Shown piece by piece: positions 9,259 through 19,773 of a stretch of DNA of 64,000 bases. The DNA is taken from NCBI GenBank assembly GCA_965218435.1, contig CBDCKW010000009.1:3072001-3136000 (forward strand), in the 5' to 3' direction. How positions within the stretch are numbered: position 1 is the stretch's first letter; every line of letters begins with the position of its first letter. This DNA is from Truepera sp. GTDB taxonomy: Bacteria; Deinococcota; Deinococci; Deinococcales; Trueperaceae. The notes under the pieces are model-generated. The model saw only the letters and a list, made by a program, of their open reading frames with translations, had not been told where the DNA came from and made no database searches. The translations under genes and the position numbers were made by a program.

Positions 9259-10689
9259 CTATTTAGCGGCGAACTGCGCCGCGCGGCCCCTTTGAACGGT
9301 CTCTAGGTCGGTCACTTCTTCGTCGGTGTGGTCGGCTAGTTCGGCGGGGGAGGGGATCATATCGGTAATCAGCCGCGCGCGGCGATCAAAAGTAAAGTAG
9401 TTGTACGCCCAGTCGGTCAGCGCGCCGAGACGGTTGCGGTACCCCGGCAAATACACCAGGTGGATAAACAGCCACGCCAACCAGCCCAAAAAGCCGCGCA
9501 GCTTGATACCGAGAAAAACTTTACCCAGTTCAGCGATACCTGCGCCGCGCCCGATAATGGCCATGTTGCCTTTGTCGAAATACTTAAAGCGCGCCTGTTT
9601 ACGCTCGCCTTCGAGGTCGGCCAGGATAGTTTCTGCGGCAAAACGTCCCCCTTGGATGGCCACTTGCGCGACCTGCGGGTAGAGCTTGCCGTCCTCATCT
9701 TTACTGGCGGACACGTCCCCGGCGGCAAACGCGTACGGATGACCGGGCAGACTCAGGTCGGGGTTGACTTTAAGACGGTAGCCCCGCTCGAGTTCAACCC
9801 CGAGGGCGTCAACGAGTGGGTGCCCACGCACCCCAGCTGCCCAGATCAGCGTTTGCGTCGGGATAATCTCGCCGTTTTTAAGCTCAACTTCGCCTTCGCG
9901 CACCTCGGCAAGGGCTTGGCCGAGCCGCAGCTCGATACCGCGCCCGCGCAACACCTCGGCGGTGTAGTCACGCAGCTCGTCACTGTAAGGAGCCATCAAA
10001 TAGTCGAGCATCTCGACCAAGATGATTTTGGCTTTGGACACCTCGAAGTTGGGATAATCTTTAGGCAAAACGCGCTCGAACAGCTCGGCAAGTGCTCCCG
10101 ACATCTCGACGCCGGTCGGCCCACCGCCGACGATCACGATGTTGAGGGCACCCTGCTCAATCAGGCTGGGATCGGCTGAAGCACGCTCGAACTGCCGTAA
10201 AATGTGGCTGCGGATATTGACGGCTTCGGTCAGACTTTTCACGTAAAAGGCGTGTTCCCGAACCCCTTTAATGCCAAAATCGTTGTAAACCGCGCCCGCC
10301 CCGATGATGAGGTAGTCAAACGAGAGCGTATCGCCGCCCGCGAGTGCCAACGTTTTATCTTCCCAATGGACGTCTTCAACAGTCGCTTGCCGAAAGGTAA
10401 AGTTTTTCTGCCGCTGAAAAATAGTACGCACCGACTGCGCTACCTCTGCGGGCTCGAGGCCCGCCGTTGCCACCTGATAGATCAGCGGTTGAAAAGTGTG
10501 GTAGTTGTTTTGGTCAATTAAAACAACCTCAGCGTCGGCTTTGCGCAGAGCTTTGACGGCGTAAAGTCCGACAAACCCCGCGCCGATAACGACGATTCTC
10601 GGCTTTTTATAGGCGTGAAGCGTCGCTGAACGGGGCGCACGTTGCTGAGGAGCTGCTCGGGTCACTGCTTGGGTTACTGTCTGAGTCAT
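9259..10689 (-). CDS. ndh: Type II NADH dehydrogenase
   Basis: VIGAGFVG, FQPLIYQVAT, VGGGPTGVEM, AQVAIQGG, YFDKG. Confidence 0.92.
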   Translation of the reverse strand: MTQTVTQAVTRAAPQQRAPRSATLHAYKKPRIVVIGAGFVGLYAVKALRKADAEVVLIDQNNYHTFQPLIYQVATAGLEPAEVAQSVRTIFQRQKNFTFRQATVEDVHWEDKTLALAGGDTLSFDYLIIGAGAVYNDFGIKGVREHAFYVKSLTEAVNIRSHILRQFERASADPSLIEQGALNIVIVGGGPTGVEMSGALAELFERVLPKDYPNFEVSKAKIILVEMLDYLMAPYSDELRDYTAEVLRGRGIELRLGQALAEVREGEVELKNGEIIPTQTLIWAAGVRGHPLVDALGVELERGYRLKVNPDLSLPGHPYAFAAGDVSASKDEDGKLYPQVAQVAIQGGRFAAETILADLEGERKQARFKYFDKGNMAIIGRGAGIAELGKVFLGIKLRGFLGWLAWLFIHLVYLPGYRNRLGALTDWAYNYFTFDRRARLITDMIPSPAELADHTDEEVTDLETVQRGRAAQFAAK

Positions 10690-10864
10690 AGTGTCTCCCG
10701 GCAGACTCCGGTGTGCCTGCCTTTCAGCTCATCATAAGCTTAGGCTCCCCGGTACTCTGTAGTGCTTCTTCATGACTTCAGCACCGGGAAAAACGAGATT
10801 TAGCCGGTTACTGCTCAGCCATTTGCTCACAACCTAGCTCGAGCACGGCTTTTTAAGACAGCTT

Positions 10865-11704
10865 TTAACCATCAGCCATCTTAAGCGCGATCAGTCGGCC
10901 TGTCGGGGTGTCGGCAATGCCCCCTTCGCCGGTCTCGCGCAGTTCCGGCGGTAACATCCTGCCAACAGACGCCATTGCCGAAACTACTTCGTCAGGTGGA
11001 ATCACCGAGGTTAGTCCGGCGCACGCAAGCTGCGCCGCCGAAACCGCGTGAACGCTGTAAAACGCGTTGCGCGACACGCACGGCACCTCGACGTAACCAC
11101 CGACCGGGTCGCACACGAGCCCAATCGTATTGACGAGTGCGAGGGCTGCCGCGTGAACGGCTTGGTGCGCGTCGCCCCCTAACAGCTCGCACACCGCCGC
11201 TGCCGCCATCGCTGCCGAGGAGCCGATCTCTGCGCCGCAACCGCCGGTGGCCCCGGCGATAAACATCGTCTGTGAGATGATCTCGCCGATACCGGCAGCT
11301 AGAACAAGGGGCATCAGCAGTTCGTCGTCGCTCAAACCGAGTTCGTCGCCGACCCCGAGCAGCGCCCCCGGAACGGTTCCGGCACTGCCCGCGGTCGGTG
11401 CCGCGACGATCCGGCCCATCCGGGCGTTTTCTTCGTTGACCGCCATCGCGTACGCTTGCACGCGTTTTAAGAGCGGCGCTTGCAGCGCGTCGGGAGCCTC
11501 CCACAGCGTTTTGGCGTTCCACCCGACCATTCCGGTACGGCTCGGCGCGTCGGACGCCAGACCCCGGGCGATAGACGCACGCATCTCACCCAAACGTCCA
11601 CGCATGGCGCTGAGGAGCGCCGCTTGCTCGTCGGGTGGCGCAGCGTTGTTTAAGACCGCTGCGGAAGCCTTGCCGGAGACGTTCATCAGCTCGTTTAGGG
11701 TCAT
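10865..11704 (-). CDS. sdaAA: L-serine dehydratase, Fe-S alpha subunit
   Basis: [34 protein letters not shown]. Confidence 0.95.
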   Translation of the reverse strand: MTLNELMNVSGKASAAVLNNAAPPDEQAALLSAMRGRLGEMRASIARGLASDAPSRTGMVGWNAKTLWEAPDALQAPLLKRVQAYAMAVNEENARMGRIVAAPTAGSAGTVPGALLGVGDELGLSDDELLMPLVLAAGIGEIISQTMFIAGATGGCGAEIGSSAAMAAAAVCELLGGDAHQAVHAAALALVNTIGLVCDPVGGYVEVPCVSRNAFYSVHAVSAAQLACAGLTSVIPPDEVVSAMASVGRMLPPELRETGEGGIADTPTGRLIALKMADG

Positions 11705-12405
11705 GGTCCTCCCATCACCTCGGGTAACAGCCGGAGCCAGCTGACCACGCTCAGCTGTGAAAGGTAGGCGAGCACGTAGGGCGAGGGAGCCGATTCCAGC
11801 TCGAGCGCCATCAAAGCCGCCGCACCACGCCGTCCTCTATGTGAACGATGTGAGCTGCGGGCACACGTCAGCGTGGCGATATTTACGGCGTCGTCGGCTA
11901 AAACGCGGGCGACGGTAGCGATCACCCCGGCTTGGTCGGTGTGCCGGAGGAGCAGGGTGTGGTATGCGCCCGTAAAGTTCGTTTCAAAACCGTCAACCTT
12001 AAAGACTCGGACGAGCCCCCCGCCGAGGCTCGAGCCCAGCAGCGTCAGGGTTTCAGCTTCGGTCTCTTTAGCTTTGGCTTCTAGGGTGAACTGTACGGTG
12101 TTGGGGTGAACGTCACCTAAGTCTTTCGTCTCAAACCGGAGGTCTAAGCCGCACGCCGCCGCGTGATCTAAAGCGTCCGGCAGCCGCGCGTCGTCGGGCG
12201 CGTAACCGAGCAACCCTCCCGCGAGCGCCCGGTCGGTGCCGTGCCCCTTCGCAGTTTTGGCAAATGAACCGTGGAGAGTCAGCGTCGCCCGCTCGGGCAG
12301 CCCCGGCAAAGTGTGCCGCGCTAACAGCGCCAACCGGCACGCTCCGGCGGTATGGCTGCTGGACGGCCCCACCATCACCGGTCCGATCACCTCGAGGAGC
12401 CCCAT
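11701..12405 (-). CDS. sdaAB: L-serine dehydratase beta subunit with ACT domain
   Basis: [33 protein letters not shown]. Confidence 0.95.
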   Translation of the reverse strand: MGLLEVIGPVMVGPSSSHTAGACRLALLARHTLPGLPERATLTLHGSFAKTAKGHGTDRALAGGLLGYAPDDARLPDALDHAAACGLDLRFETKDLGDVHPNTVQFTLEAKAKETEAETLTLLGSSLGGGLVRVFKVDGFETNFTGAYHTLLLRHTDQAGVIATVARVLADDAVNIATLTCARSSHRSHRGRRGAAALMALELESAPSPYVLAYLSQLSVVSWLRLLPEVMGGP

Positions 12406-12667
12406 AGGGTTAGATTAGCCTATTTAGCTATGGGTGCAGCGTGTTGTATACGAGAACTTAGAGTGCGGCCTTAAGAAGTGAAGGGTAAAAACACGGGTGC
12501 GCTCGCGGAAGCGGGTAGGATAGCCCTATACTTTATACGCTGAAAATAAGGATGCTCTGATAAGTAGTTTTGTTTTTACTGCAGTGGTAGCGCTCATTTA
12601 CCACATTAGAAAGTCCGTTGCGGCTTTCTAGAAGGAGCTTCGCTGCTTCGCCGTACCTGTAAGATTT

Positions 12668-14497
12668 ATGAAAGAATTCTTCTTTATACTTGGAAGTGCT
12701 AAGGCCGACGCCGATATGACGAACCCACCTGCTCCTCAACCGACCCGACGAAGCGTTCATGCGCCGCCACCTACGCGTGAAGTAGACGACTCGCTCCTGC
12801 ACGCTTGGGAGTTGCGGCGTACTGACAGCCAACAGGCCCTGGACTTAGCTAGCCAAGCGCACAGTAAGGCCGTTGCCGCCGCCTATACCCAAGGTCAAGC
12901 AAGAGCGCGCCTGACCCAGGCTTTTTGCCAAGTGCGGCTGTGCGACTTTAAGGCGGCGCTACAGATCGCCGAAGAAGCCTTGAGCTTGTTTGGTACCCTG
13001 GACGACCCCTGGGGCACTGAGCAGACGCTCGGCGTACTCGGTATGGCGAGCGCCGAGATCGGTAATCCGTTAGGAGCCATTAAATATCTCTCAGCACGTT
13101 ACAAGTTGTGTGAGGGGCGAGCCGACCGGGACGAAGCGGACGCACTGGCTTATTTGGCTTCGGCTTACTCTTTTATCAGCGACTACACCACCAGCCTAAG
13201 CTACGACTTTCGCGGGCTTGAGCTGTGTCAGGCGCTCGGTTACCGTGAAGGCGAGCAGCGGGCGCTGCCTAACGTCGCCGACACCTTTTTCGAGCTGGGC
13301 CACTATCAAGACGCGCTTCACTACTTTTTAGCAGGGTTAGCACTTCAAACTGAAGCCGACGACCCGTTTACCTACGCGCTGTGCCTTTGCAGCGTCGGTC
13401 GTACCTACAGGGTGTTAGGGGACTACCAGCAGGCGCGGGCATATCAGCAGCAAAGTTTGGCACTGAGAGAAAAGATCGGTGACCGGCGCGGCGTGAGCTA
13501 CGCGCTTAACGAGCTGGCTGCTATCTGTAGAGAACTGGGCGAGCTCAAAGAGGGAAAGGCGTATCTCCACCGAAGTCTAACGCTCGTCACGTCGCTCGAT
13601 GATAAAAGTAGCCAGTTTGAAACCTACTTACAGCTGGGCGCGTTACTGGCGCGGCAACGAAAGTTCAAACAGGCGCTTGGATTTTTAAGTAAAGCGCTGG
13701 CACTGGCCCAAGCGGTAGGCAACAAGGCCGACCTTGCCAAACTGCATTACACTTTATTTGAAACTCATAAAGCGCGGCGGCGGCTGGGCAAAGCCCTCGA
13801 GCATTTCGAGCTGTACAGCCAGATGAAAGACGCGGTAGCTGAAGAGGCCAGTTCGTTACGGCTGCAGGGGCTGCGCGTCGGCTTCGAGACCGAACGGGCT
13901 GAGAAAGAACGGGAAATCTACCGGCTCAAGAATGTCGAGCTCGCCCACGCCAACGCTGAGCTGCAAGCCCTAAACGATAAGGCGACCGGCCTTTTGGCTC
14001 AGCTCGAGCGGCAAGCCAAAGAGGACGCGCTGACCGGCCTCTCTAACCGTCGCCACGCCGACCTACGGCTGCATGAAGAGTTCACGCGGGCACGGCGCTT
14101 TAACCACACGCTAAGCGTCGCCCTTTGCGACATTGACAACTTCAAAAAGATCAACGATACCTTTTCGCATCACCTAGGCGACGAGGTGCTGCGCGTCGTG
14201 GCGCGACTTTTCCAAGACCACCTGCGTGAGGTTGATACCGTCGCCCGCTACGGGGGCGAGGAGTTCTTGTTGCTCTTTCCGGAAACGTCTATACAAGGCG
14301 CGTTTGCGGTGTGCAAGAATCTTTGCCAAAAGGTTGCAGCTTATCCTTGGAATACGCTCGCTCCCGGCCTCCGTGTCACCCTCAGTATCGGCGTATCAGA
14401 CGACAGCCGCGCCAGCAACCATGAAAAGCTAGTAGCACTGGCCGACGCCAAGCAGTATGAGGCGAAACGCAAGGGAAAAAACCAGGTCAGGGGTTAG
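12668..14497 (+). CDS. TPR-repeat diguanylate cyclase (GGEEF)
   Basis: TPR helices, DALTGLSNRR, DIDNFKKIND, RYGGEEF; true start may be ATG 12716. Confidence 0.92.
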   Translation: MKEFFFILGSAKADADMTNPPAPQPTRRSVHAPPPTREVDDSLLHAWELRRTDSQQALDLASQAHSKAVAAAYTQGQARARLTQAFCQVRLCDFKAALQIAEEALSLFGTLDDPWGTEQTLGVLGMASAEIGNPLGAIKYLSARYKLCEGRADRDEADALAYLASAYSFISDYTTSLSYDFRGLELCQALGYREGEQRALPNVADTFFELGHYQDALHYFLAGLALQTEADDPFTYALCLCSVGRTYRVLGDYQQARAYQQQSLALREKIGDRRGVSYALNELAAICRELGELKEGKAYLHRSLTLVTSLDDKSSQFETYLQLGALLARQRKFKQALGFLSKALALAQAVGNKADLAKLHYTLFETHKARRRLGKALEHFELYSQMKDAVAEEASSLRLQGLRVGFETERAEKEREIYRLKNVELAHANAELQALNDKATGLLAQLERQAKEDALTGLSNRRHADLRLHEEFTRARRFNHTLSVALCDIDNFKKINDTFSHHLGDEVLRVVARLFQDHLREVDTVARYGGEEFLLLFPETSIQGAFAVCKNLCQKVAAYPWNTLAPGLRVTLSIGVSDDSRASNHEKLVALADAKQYEAKRKGKNQVRG

Positions 14498-14615
14498 GAC
14501 GGGGCATCGTAGAACGTCAGAAGAAGGAACGGCAAGCGTCTGCCCGCTCAGCTGTGTGCGGGCAAAGACCAGCACTGGAAGGTGGCCAGAGCAGGCCCAA
14601 AGGGGTATGAGCGAT

Positions 14616-15218
14616 TCACTTAGATGAAGCAGGCGGTGTCAGAAACCGGGCGATTAGGACACGCACCAGTTCGGTCGTCACCGGCTCGAGCGCCGGGTCA
14701 CGAACCGCCGTGATCACAAAACCGTCGATCACCCCCGTCAGAACGACCGCCGCCGCCTCGGGTGCAAGCGACGGGTCAATCTCGCCCCGCGTCTGCCCGG
14801 AACGCAACACGTCCGCGAGGAGCTGCTGCATACCCCGGTTATGTTCTTGTACAAGTCGGGCGATAGCCGGGTTGTGCCTCGCCTCCGCAAGCATATCGAG
14901 GACTAAAACCGTTCCCCCATGCTCGTTGCGTGCTTTGGCCTGCTGCATCTCGGTCATCAGCGCCGCGAGAGCGTCAGAACTCGCCAGCGTCTGGCCGAAC
15001 TGCTCGGCAGTGCGCTCGAGCACCGATCCAACAATGGCCTCTAGGATCGCGTCCTTGCTCTCGAAGTAGTGGTAGAGGTGGCCGGGACTGATGCCCGCTT
15101 CGGTACAGATGCTGGCAATAGACGCTCCCCGTAGCCCATCGCGGGCAAAGCAGTGTGTGGCAGCGTCAAGAATCTCGCGTTGCTTCTCGGCGTGCTTGAC
15201 CGGATTGACCGTGCGCAT
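14616..15218 (-). CDS. TetR/AcrR-family regulator
   Basis: ASIASICTEAGISPGHLYHYFESKD; leaderless TAAGCT-6nt-ATG. Confidence 0.92.
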   Translation of the reverse strand: MRTVNPVKHAEKQREILDAATHCFARDGLRGASIASICTEAGISPGHLYHYFESKDAILEAIVGSVLERTAEQFGQTLASSDALAALMTEMQQAKARNEHGGTVLVLDMLAEARHNPAIARLVQEHNRGMQQLLADVLRSGQTRGEIDPSLAPEAAAVVLTGVIDGFVITAVRDPALEPVTTELVRVLIARFLTPPASSK

Positions 15219-15237
15219 GGGTCTAGCTTACGAAAAC

Positions 15238-15303
15238 TAGAGCGTTCAGTCTACTGATCTTGACGTAGCTCACCTACCGCCGTAAAGTAAAGCGTTCGCT
15301 CTA
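15238..15303. promoter_or_regulatory. Two putative TetR operators flanking a sigma70 promoter for the + strand genes
   Basis: tagagcgttcagtcta (15238-15253) and taaagcgttcgctcta (15288-15303); TTGACG(15260)-17-TAAAGT(15283). Confidence 0.7.
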
Positions 15304-15317
15304 GGATTGCGAACGCG

Positions 15318-16109
15318 ATGACGGGTGAACCAGTCACAATAGGGGGAAAAAGCTTGTCCGCATTTATGGAGCTTCAGCAGCTTGAAGCCGGTTTCTACCA
15401 GGCCAGCTTTGACCTGACGATTACAGCCGTTCATATTTTCGTCATTGATGATCCGCAAGACGGTGTGATCGTAGTCGACTCCAGCGCCCCGAGGGAAGAG
15501 AGGGCCGAGAACCCCATCGTGCAGGTGCTCAAGTAGCTCGGCAAGAAACCATGTGACGTGCGCCATCTGCTGCTCACCCACGCCCACCCTGACCACATCG
15601 GCAACGCTGGAGAGTTTCAACAGCTCAGTGGGGCCACCCTCTGGATGAACCCCTTGGGCGCACGCATTCTGGAGGCCGAACACCCAACCATCCGCCCCGT
15701 CAATATCCGGGGCGGCGGCGTGCGGGACAACAAACCGGTGATCCAACCCGCAACGGTGCAGCATAAACTTAGGGACGGTCAACGGCTTGACCTGGCGGGC
15801 GGGATTGATGTGATCGACACCCCCGGCCACGCTGCCGACCACCAGTCGTTCTTGTGGCGTCGCCACGGTGGGGTCATGATCGTCGGGGACGCGGTGACCC
15901 ACGAGAACGGGGAGATGGATTTCGCGCCGTTCTACGACGACTCAGCCGAGGAACTGCGCTCGGTGGAGAAACTCAAGGGGTACGCCTTCGAGAAGATGGC
16001 CTTCGGTCATGGTGATTACATCCTACATGGGGCCAAGGCGCAGTTCTTAAAGTGCTGGGGCGAGCAGGCCACCACCCACACGGCTCCAGACCAAACCGCT
16101 TCAGACTAG
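15318..16109 (+). pseudogene. MBL-fold metallo-hydrolase interrupted by an in-frame TAG at 15534-15536
   Basis: Two ORFs in the same frame: VLK*LGKKPCDVRHLLLTHAHPDH, then TPGH and GDA. Confidence 0.85.
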
Positions 16110-16209
16110 CGCTGCTGATGCTACCTCACGCGGACGTCTTGAACCGTCCGCCGTTCAGCTATGCGGTGAGCGATTTGCCGCCAACCCTTACCTCTTAAAG
16201 GAGCAACCC

Positions 16210-17103
16210 ATGACCGAACTGACCCAACCCGCCGCTCGAGCTGGTACCTTCACCCTCGGATACCGCACCGTAAACCGCCTGGGCTACGGGGCCATGCAAC
16301 TCGCCGGCAAAGGCGTCTTCGGCCCGCCGCGCGACCCAGACGCCGCCCTAGCCGTCTTGCGGGAGGCTACCAAGCTGGGCATCAACCACATTGACACCAG
16401 CGACTTCTACGGGCCGCACGTCACCAACCAGACGATCCAGCAGGCCCTGCATCCTTACCCGGATGAACTGGTGCTTGTGACCAAGGTCGGCGCACGCCGT
16501 CCCGAGGACGGGTCGTGGGTCCCGGCCATGTCACCGCAGGAGCTGACCGCAGCGGTGCATGACAACCTGCGAAATCTCGGCGTGGACGCGCTCGAGGTCG
16601 TCAACCTCCGTATGATGGGTGGCGGGGCAGGTCATGGGCCGGTGGAAGGGTCTCTCGCAGAACCGCTGACGGTCCTGGCCGAACTGAAAGCGCAGGGCCT
16701 GATCCGTCACCTCGGCCTGAGCAACGTCACATCCGCACAACTGGCCGAGGCGCAGACCATTAGCGAGATCGTCTGCGTGCAGAACCTGTACAACTTGGCG
16801 CACCGGGAAGACGACGCCTTGATTGATGACTTGGCGCGGCAGGGCGTCGCCTACGTGCCGTTTTTTCCGCTCGGCGGGTTCTCGCCGCTGCAGTCGGATA
16901 CGCTGAACGCGGTGGCCGCCGGTCTGGGCACCTCACCGAATACCGTCGCACTGGCGTGGCTGCTGCAACGCTCGCCCAACATCCTGCTGATTCCCGGCAC
17001 CTCGTCGGTAGCGCATCTGCGCGAGAACGTTGCCGCTGCTGCCCTCACTCTACCCGAGGAAACCTTGGCGCAGCTTGACGAGATTGGTACTCAATCAGGC
17101 TGA
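16210..17103 (+). CDS. Aldo/keto reductase (YdbC-like)
   Basis: RLGYGAMQL, HIDTSDFYG, LGLSNV, IPGTSSVAHLREN. Confidence 0.94.
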   Translation: MTELTQPAARAGTFTLGYRTVNRLGYGAMQLAGKGVFGPPRDPDAALAVLREATKLGINHIDTSDFYGPHVTNQTIQQALHPYPDELVLVTKVGARRPEDGSWVPAMSPQELTAAVHDNLRNLGVDALEVVNLRMMGGGAGHGPVEGSLAEPLTVLAELKAQGLIRHLGLSNVTSAQLAEAQTISEIVCVQNLYNLAHREDDALIDDLARQGVAYVPFFPLGGFSPLQSDTLNAVAAGLGTSPNTVALAWLLQRSPNILLIPGTSSVAHLRENVAAAALTLPEETLAQLDEIGTQSG

Positions 17104-17184
17104 CGGCATGGACTGCGGTTGGTTCGCCTCCCTATTCCGTTTTTCTTGAGCTGTGCCGAAGCCAGTGGACGCTAGGGAGAAGAA

Positions 17185-17520
17185 GTGAAAGCAGTCCAAT
17201 TTGATGAATACGGCGATGAGAACGTCTTGCAAGGGCGTGATGTGCCTGACCCATGGGTAACGCTGGGTCAGGTGCCGGTGTGGGTCAGGGCGGCGGGCAT
17301 CCATCCGGGCAAAGCCGCCATCCGCAGCAGTCAGCTCCACCACATCTTCCCGGCCACCTTTCCGTCGGGTGAGGGCAGCGATTTCGCCGGGGAAGCGGTG
17401 GCGCTCGGTGAGGGGGTCAGCAACGTTAACGATACCCGGAAAGTTTCTGATTCTTCGCACCACCTTACCTCGCCGACGACTTGCCGCAACCGATTACGAC
17501 ATATCCTTGCATTTCCGTGA
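17185..17520 (+). pseudogene. Truncated NADP-dependent MDR-family oxidoreductase (N-terminal fragment)
   Basis: MKAVQFDEYG..VRAAGIHP..GSDFAGEAVALGEGV, then similarity ends; no Rossmann domain. Confidence 0.8.
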
Positions 17521-17549
17521 AACAGGCCGCGACGCTGCTTAGCGTGGTG

Positions 17550-18371
17550 TCACATCAGCTTGTCCTGCACCGCTTGATAGACGGTCCTTACGGTCGGCTG
17601 GAAACTGAGGCTGCGAGCAAGCGTGTTGTCGATGTGCAGGTGCCAGGGGTTCGCCAGCGGCTCGGACGACGGCTCCATCGTCTCCCCGACCAGCTCGAAT
17701 GGTTCGTAATATGAAGTCGGCGCGTCATCGGAGACGTTGACGACATGGCCGTCTAGCGCGCCGGTCAACGCAAGATTCACGGCAGTTGCGATGTCGCGAT
17801 GGTGGACCATGCTCATGCGCGCGGCAGGGTGAAACTTGGCCTGTCCCGAGGCGACGTATTTGGGCAGCGACTCCACATGCCCATCCCCATCGCCATAGAC
17901 GAAACCGAACCGCAGGATCGACCAGTTCAGCCCGCTTGTCCGCAGCTCCTTCTCGGCCGCGAGCTTGCTGGCCGGATAAGCTTGCTGCGGATCGGCGGCG
18001 TCATCTTCGCGGCCGGGTCGCGGCGTGTCCTGGTTATAGATATTGCTGGTACTCGCCATGATGAAGCGCGCCTCGGGCACATGCGCCTTCGCCGCGGCGA
18101 TGAGATTACGCGTCCCATCGAGATTGCTTTTCCAGATGAGATCGGTGTCGGGCGTGCGGAACACCGCAGCGAGATGGACGATCGCGGAGACGCCTTCCAC
18201 CGCGCGTGCGAGCGACGCAGGATTTTGCAGGTCGCCCTCCACGGCCGTTACGCCGGCAGGAACCTCTTTCCCGCCACGCACGAGCGCGCGGCAATCCTCG
18301 CCTGCCGCCACGAGACGCGGCAGAAGACGCGCGCCCACCAGACCAGTCGTACCAGTTACCAGAATCGTCAT
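17550..18371 (-). CDS. NAD-dependent epimerase/dehydratase (extended SDR)
   Basis: ILVTGTTGLVG, HLAA, YPASK. Confidence 0.93.
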   Translation of the reverse strand: MTILVTGTTGLVGARLLPRLVAAGEDCRALVRGGKEVPAGVTAVEGDLQNPASLARAVEGVSAIVHLAAVFRTPDTDLIWKSNLDGTRNLIAAAKAHVPEARFIMASTSNIYNQDTPRPGREDDAADPQQAYPASKLAAEKELRTSGLNWSILRFGFVYGDGDGHVESLPKYVASGQAKFHPAARMSMVHHRDIATAVNLALTGALDGHVVNVSDDAPTSYYEPFELVGETMEPSSEPLANPWHLHIDNTLARSLSFQPTVRTVYQAVQDKLM

Positions 18372-18829
18372 GTGTTGCCTCCTTTTCTTGAAAAACTATC
18401 GAGCCGCTCGGTAGCGGTCTGGAGCACCTTAACGGCGATAGCGATATCGGCGTCGTCAATGCCGTCGAATGCCGCTCTATGAATGAGAGCCAAGTCGGGC
18501 AATTCGCCCCATAACTTCGTACCCACCGGCGTCATTTGAAGGCGTTTCTGCCGTTGGTCGGCACGGTCGGGCACTTGCTCGGCAAGGCCCTTGCGAACCA
18601 GCGTACTAACGACGACGCTCAACGTCGCGCGTTCGACCTGGAGCATACGGAGGAGGTCGCGTTGCATAGTTGGCCCCTCTTCGGCCAATTGGTACAGCAC
18701 ATACCACTGAGTGGCCCCAAGGCCATACGGCCGAAGGACGTCCTCCATCGCGGTCCGGCCAGCGAAATAGCATCGCTTTGCCCATGCCCCCACCGACTCA
18801 TATTTGGAATCGTTCGATTTGCTAGGCAC
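18368..18829 (-). CDS. MarR-family regulator
   Basis: wHTH VERATLSVVVSTLVRKGL..DQRQKRLQMT. Confidence 0.92.
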   Translation of the reverse strand: MPSKSNDSKYESVGAWAKRCYFAGRTAMEDVLRPYGLGATQWYVLYQLAEEGPTMQRDLLRMLQVERATLSVVVSTLVRKGLAEQVPDRADQRQKRLQMTPVGTKLWGELPDLALIHRAAFDGIDDADIAIAVKVLQTATERLDSFSRKGGNT

Positions 18830-18864
18830 CTAACAATTATATTAGGCTCCAAACAAAATGTCAA
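18829..18864 (-). promoter_or_regulatory. Consensus sigma70 promoter of leaderless marR with overlapping operator
   Basis: TTGACA-17-TATAAT-6nt-GTG on the minus strand; palindrome CCTAA-N8-TTAGG at 18829-18846. Confidence 0.82.
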
Positions 18865-18881
18865 ACCGGGTGTGATACTCA

Positions 18882-19352
18882 CTAGGCGACAACATTGACC
18901 AAGACCCGGAGCTGTCCAACGAAGGCCGCCGCTAGGATGAACGTCTGGCGCAGGTTATAAAGCAAGTGCCAGCGGTCGGCAACCTGCTCTGAAAGGATCG
19001 TTTCGATCACGTCTTGGCCGCTATATAAAACCTGCGGGTAGGGACTCTCCACCTGTTCGGCCTCGACAAGATCAACCGTTTGGCCGTTTAACAGCGTATT
19101 GACCTGCTTGATGCGGTAAGACTTTTCCGCTAAGGCGTCGCGGATGATGTTGGGCCGAGCCAACAAAACTGATTGTCTGAAGTATGGTGTTACCAAAATA
19201 GCTGTAGAGCTGACGCAGCCAAGCAAAAAAGCTAACGGGAGAAAGTTCGCTACACTTAGGACTCGAGCCCAAAAACACTTCGTTCCCAAAGTACCGTTTG
19301 CCATCTGGACGTCAAAGATAAGCGGCCCGGAGGCCGCCTTAGCACCAAACAA
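18882..19352 (-). CDS. Hypothetical protein (start uncertain)
   Basis: Longest ORF in the gap, with hydrophobic segments; no recognisable motif; its 5' end overlaps the hup terminator. Confidence 0.35.
   Translation of the reverse strand: MFGAKAASGPLIFDVQMANGTLGTKCFWARVLSVANFLPLAFLLGCVSSTAILVTPYFRQSVLLARPNIIRDALAEKSYRIKQVNTLLNGQTVDLVEAEQVESPYPQVLYSGQDVIETILSEQVADRWHLLYNLRQTFILAAAFVGQLRVLVNVVA
19315..19339 (-). terminator. Intrinsic terminator after hup
   Basis: gcggcc-tccg-ggccgc stem followed by ttatcttt on the minus strand. Confidence 0.6.
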
Positions 19353-19355
19353 ACC

Positions 19356-19646
19356 TTAGATTTTGTCTTTAAGAGCTTTACCGGGTTTGAACGCCGGATA
19401 TTTGCTCGCGGGGATCTCGATTTTTTCGGTGGTACCCGGTTTGACGCCGGTACGGGCTTTGCGCTCACGCACCTCAAAGGTACCAAACCCGGTGAGCTGC
19501 ACCTTGTCGCCACCGTTGAGGTGTTTCGTAACGTTATCGATCATCGCATCGATCACTGTTTTGACGTCTTTTTTCTTCATCTGCGTTTCGTCCGAAACTA
19601 AGTCAACGAGATCAGCTTTGGAAACCGTCTTCGCTTTCGCCACCAC
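19356..19646 (-). CDS. hup: HU family DNA-binding protein
   Basis: KVQLTGFGTFEVRERKARTGVKP..PAFKPGKALKD; SD aggagg. Confidence 0.97.
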   Translation of the reverse strand: MVAKAKTVSKADLVDLVSDETQMKKKDVKTVIDAMIDNVTKHLNGGDKVQLTGFGTFEVRERKARTGVKPGTTEKIEIPASKYPAFKPGKALKDKI

Positions 19647-19671
19647 TTACCTCCTTTTGAACTTCGGGGGT

Positions 19672-19700
19672 ACTTTAGCATGACACTGGGCAGATAGCAA
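19672..19700 (-). promoter_or_regulatory. hup promoter
   Basis: TTGCTA-17-TAAAGT with extended TG on the minus strand. Confidence 0.6.
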
Positions 19701-19773
19701 GTCCTGGGCGGAATAACTCGAGTTATTCCAGCCAGAACACCAAAAAAGTCGTCGAGGTTATTTTAGAGATGCG

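Noticed and set aside
15270..15902. Long antisense ORFs (also 1721-2344, 9460-10179, 17799-18482)
   Set aside because: They lie opposite well-supported genes and are typical high-GC shadow frames without motifs.
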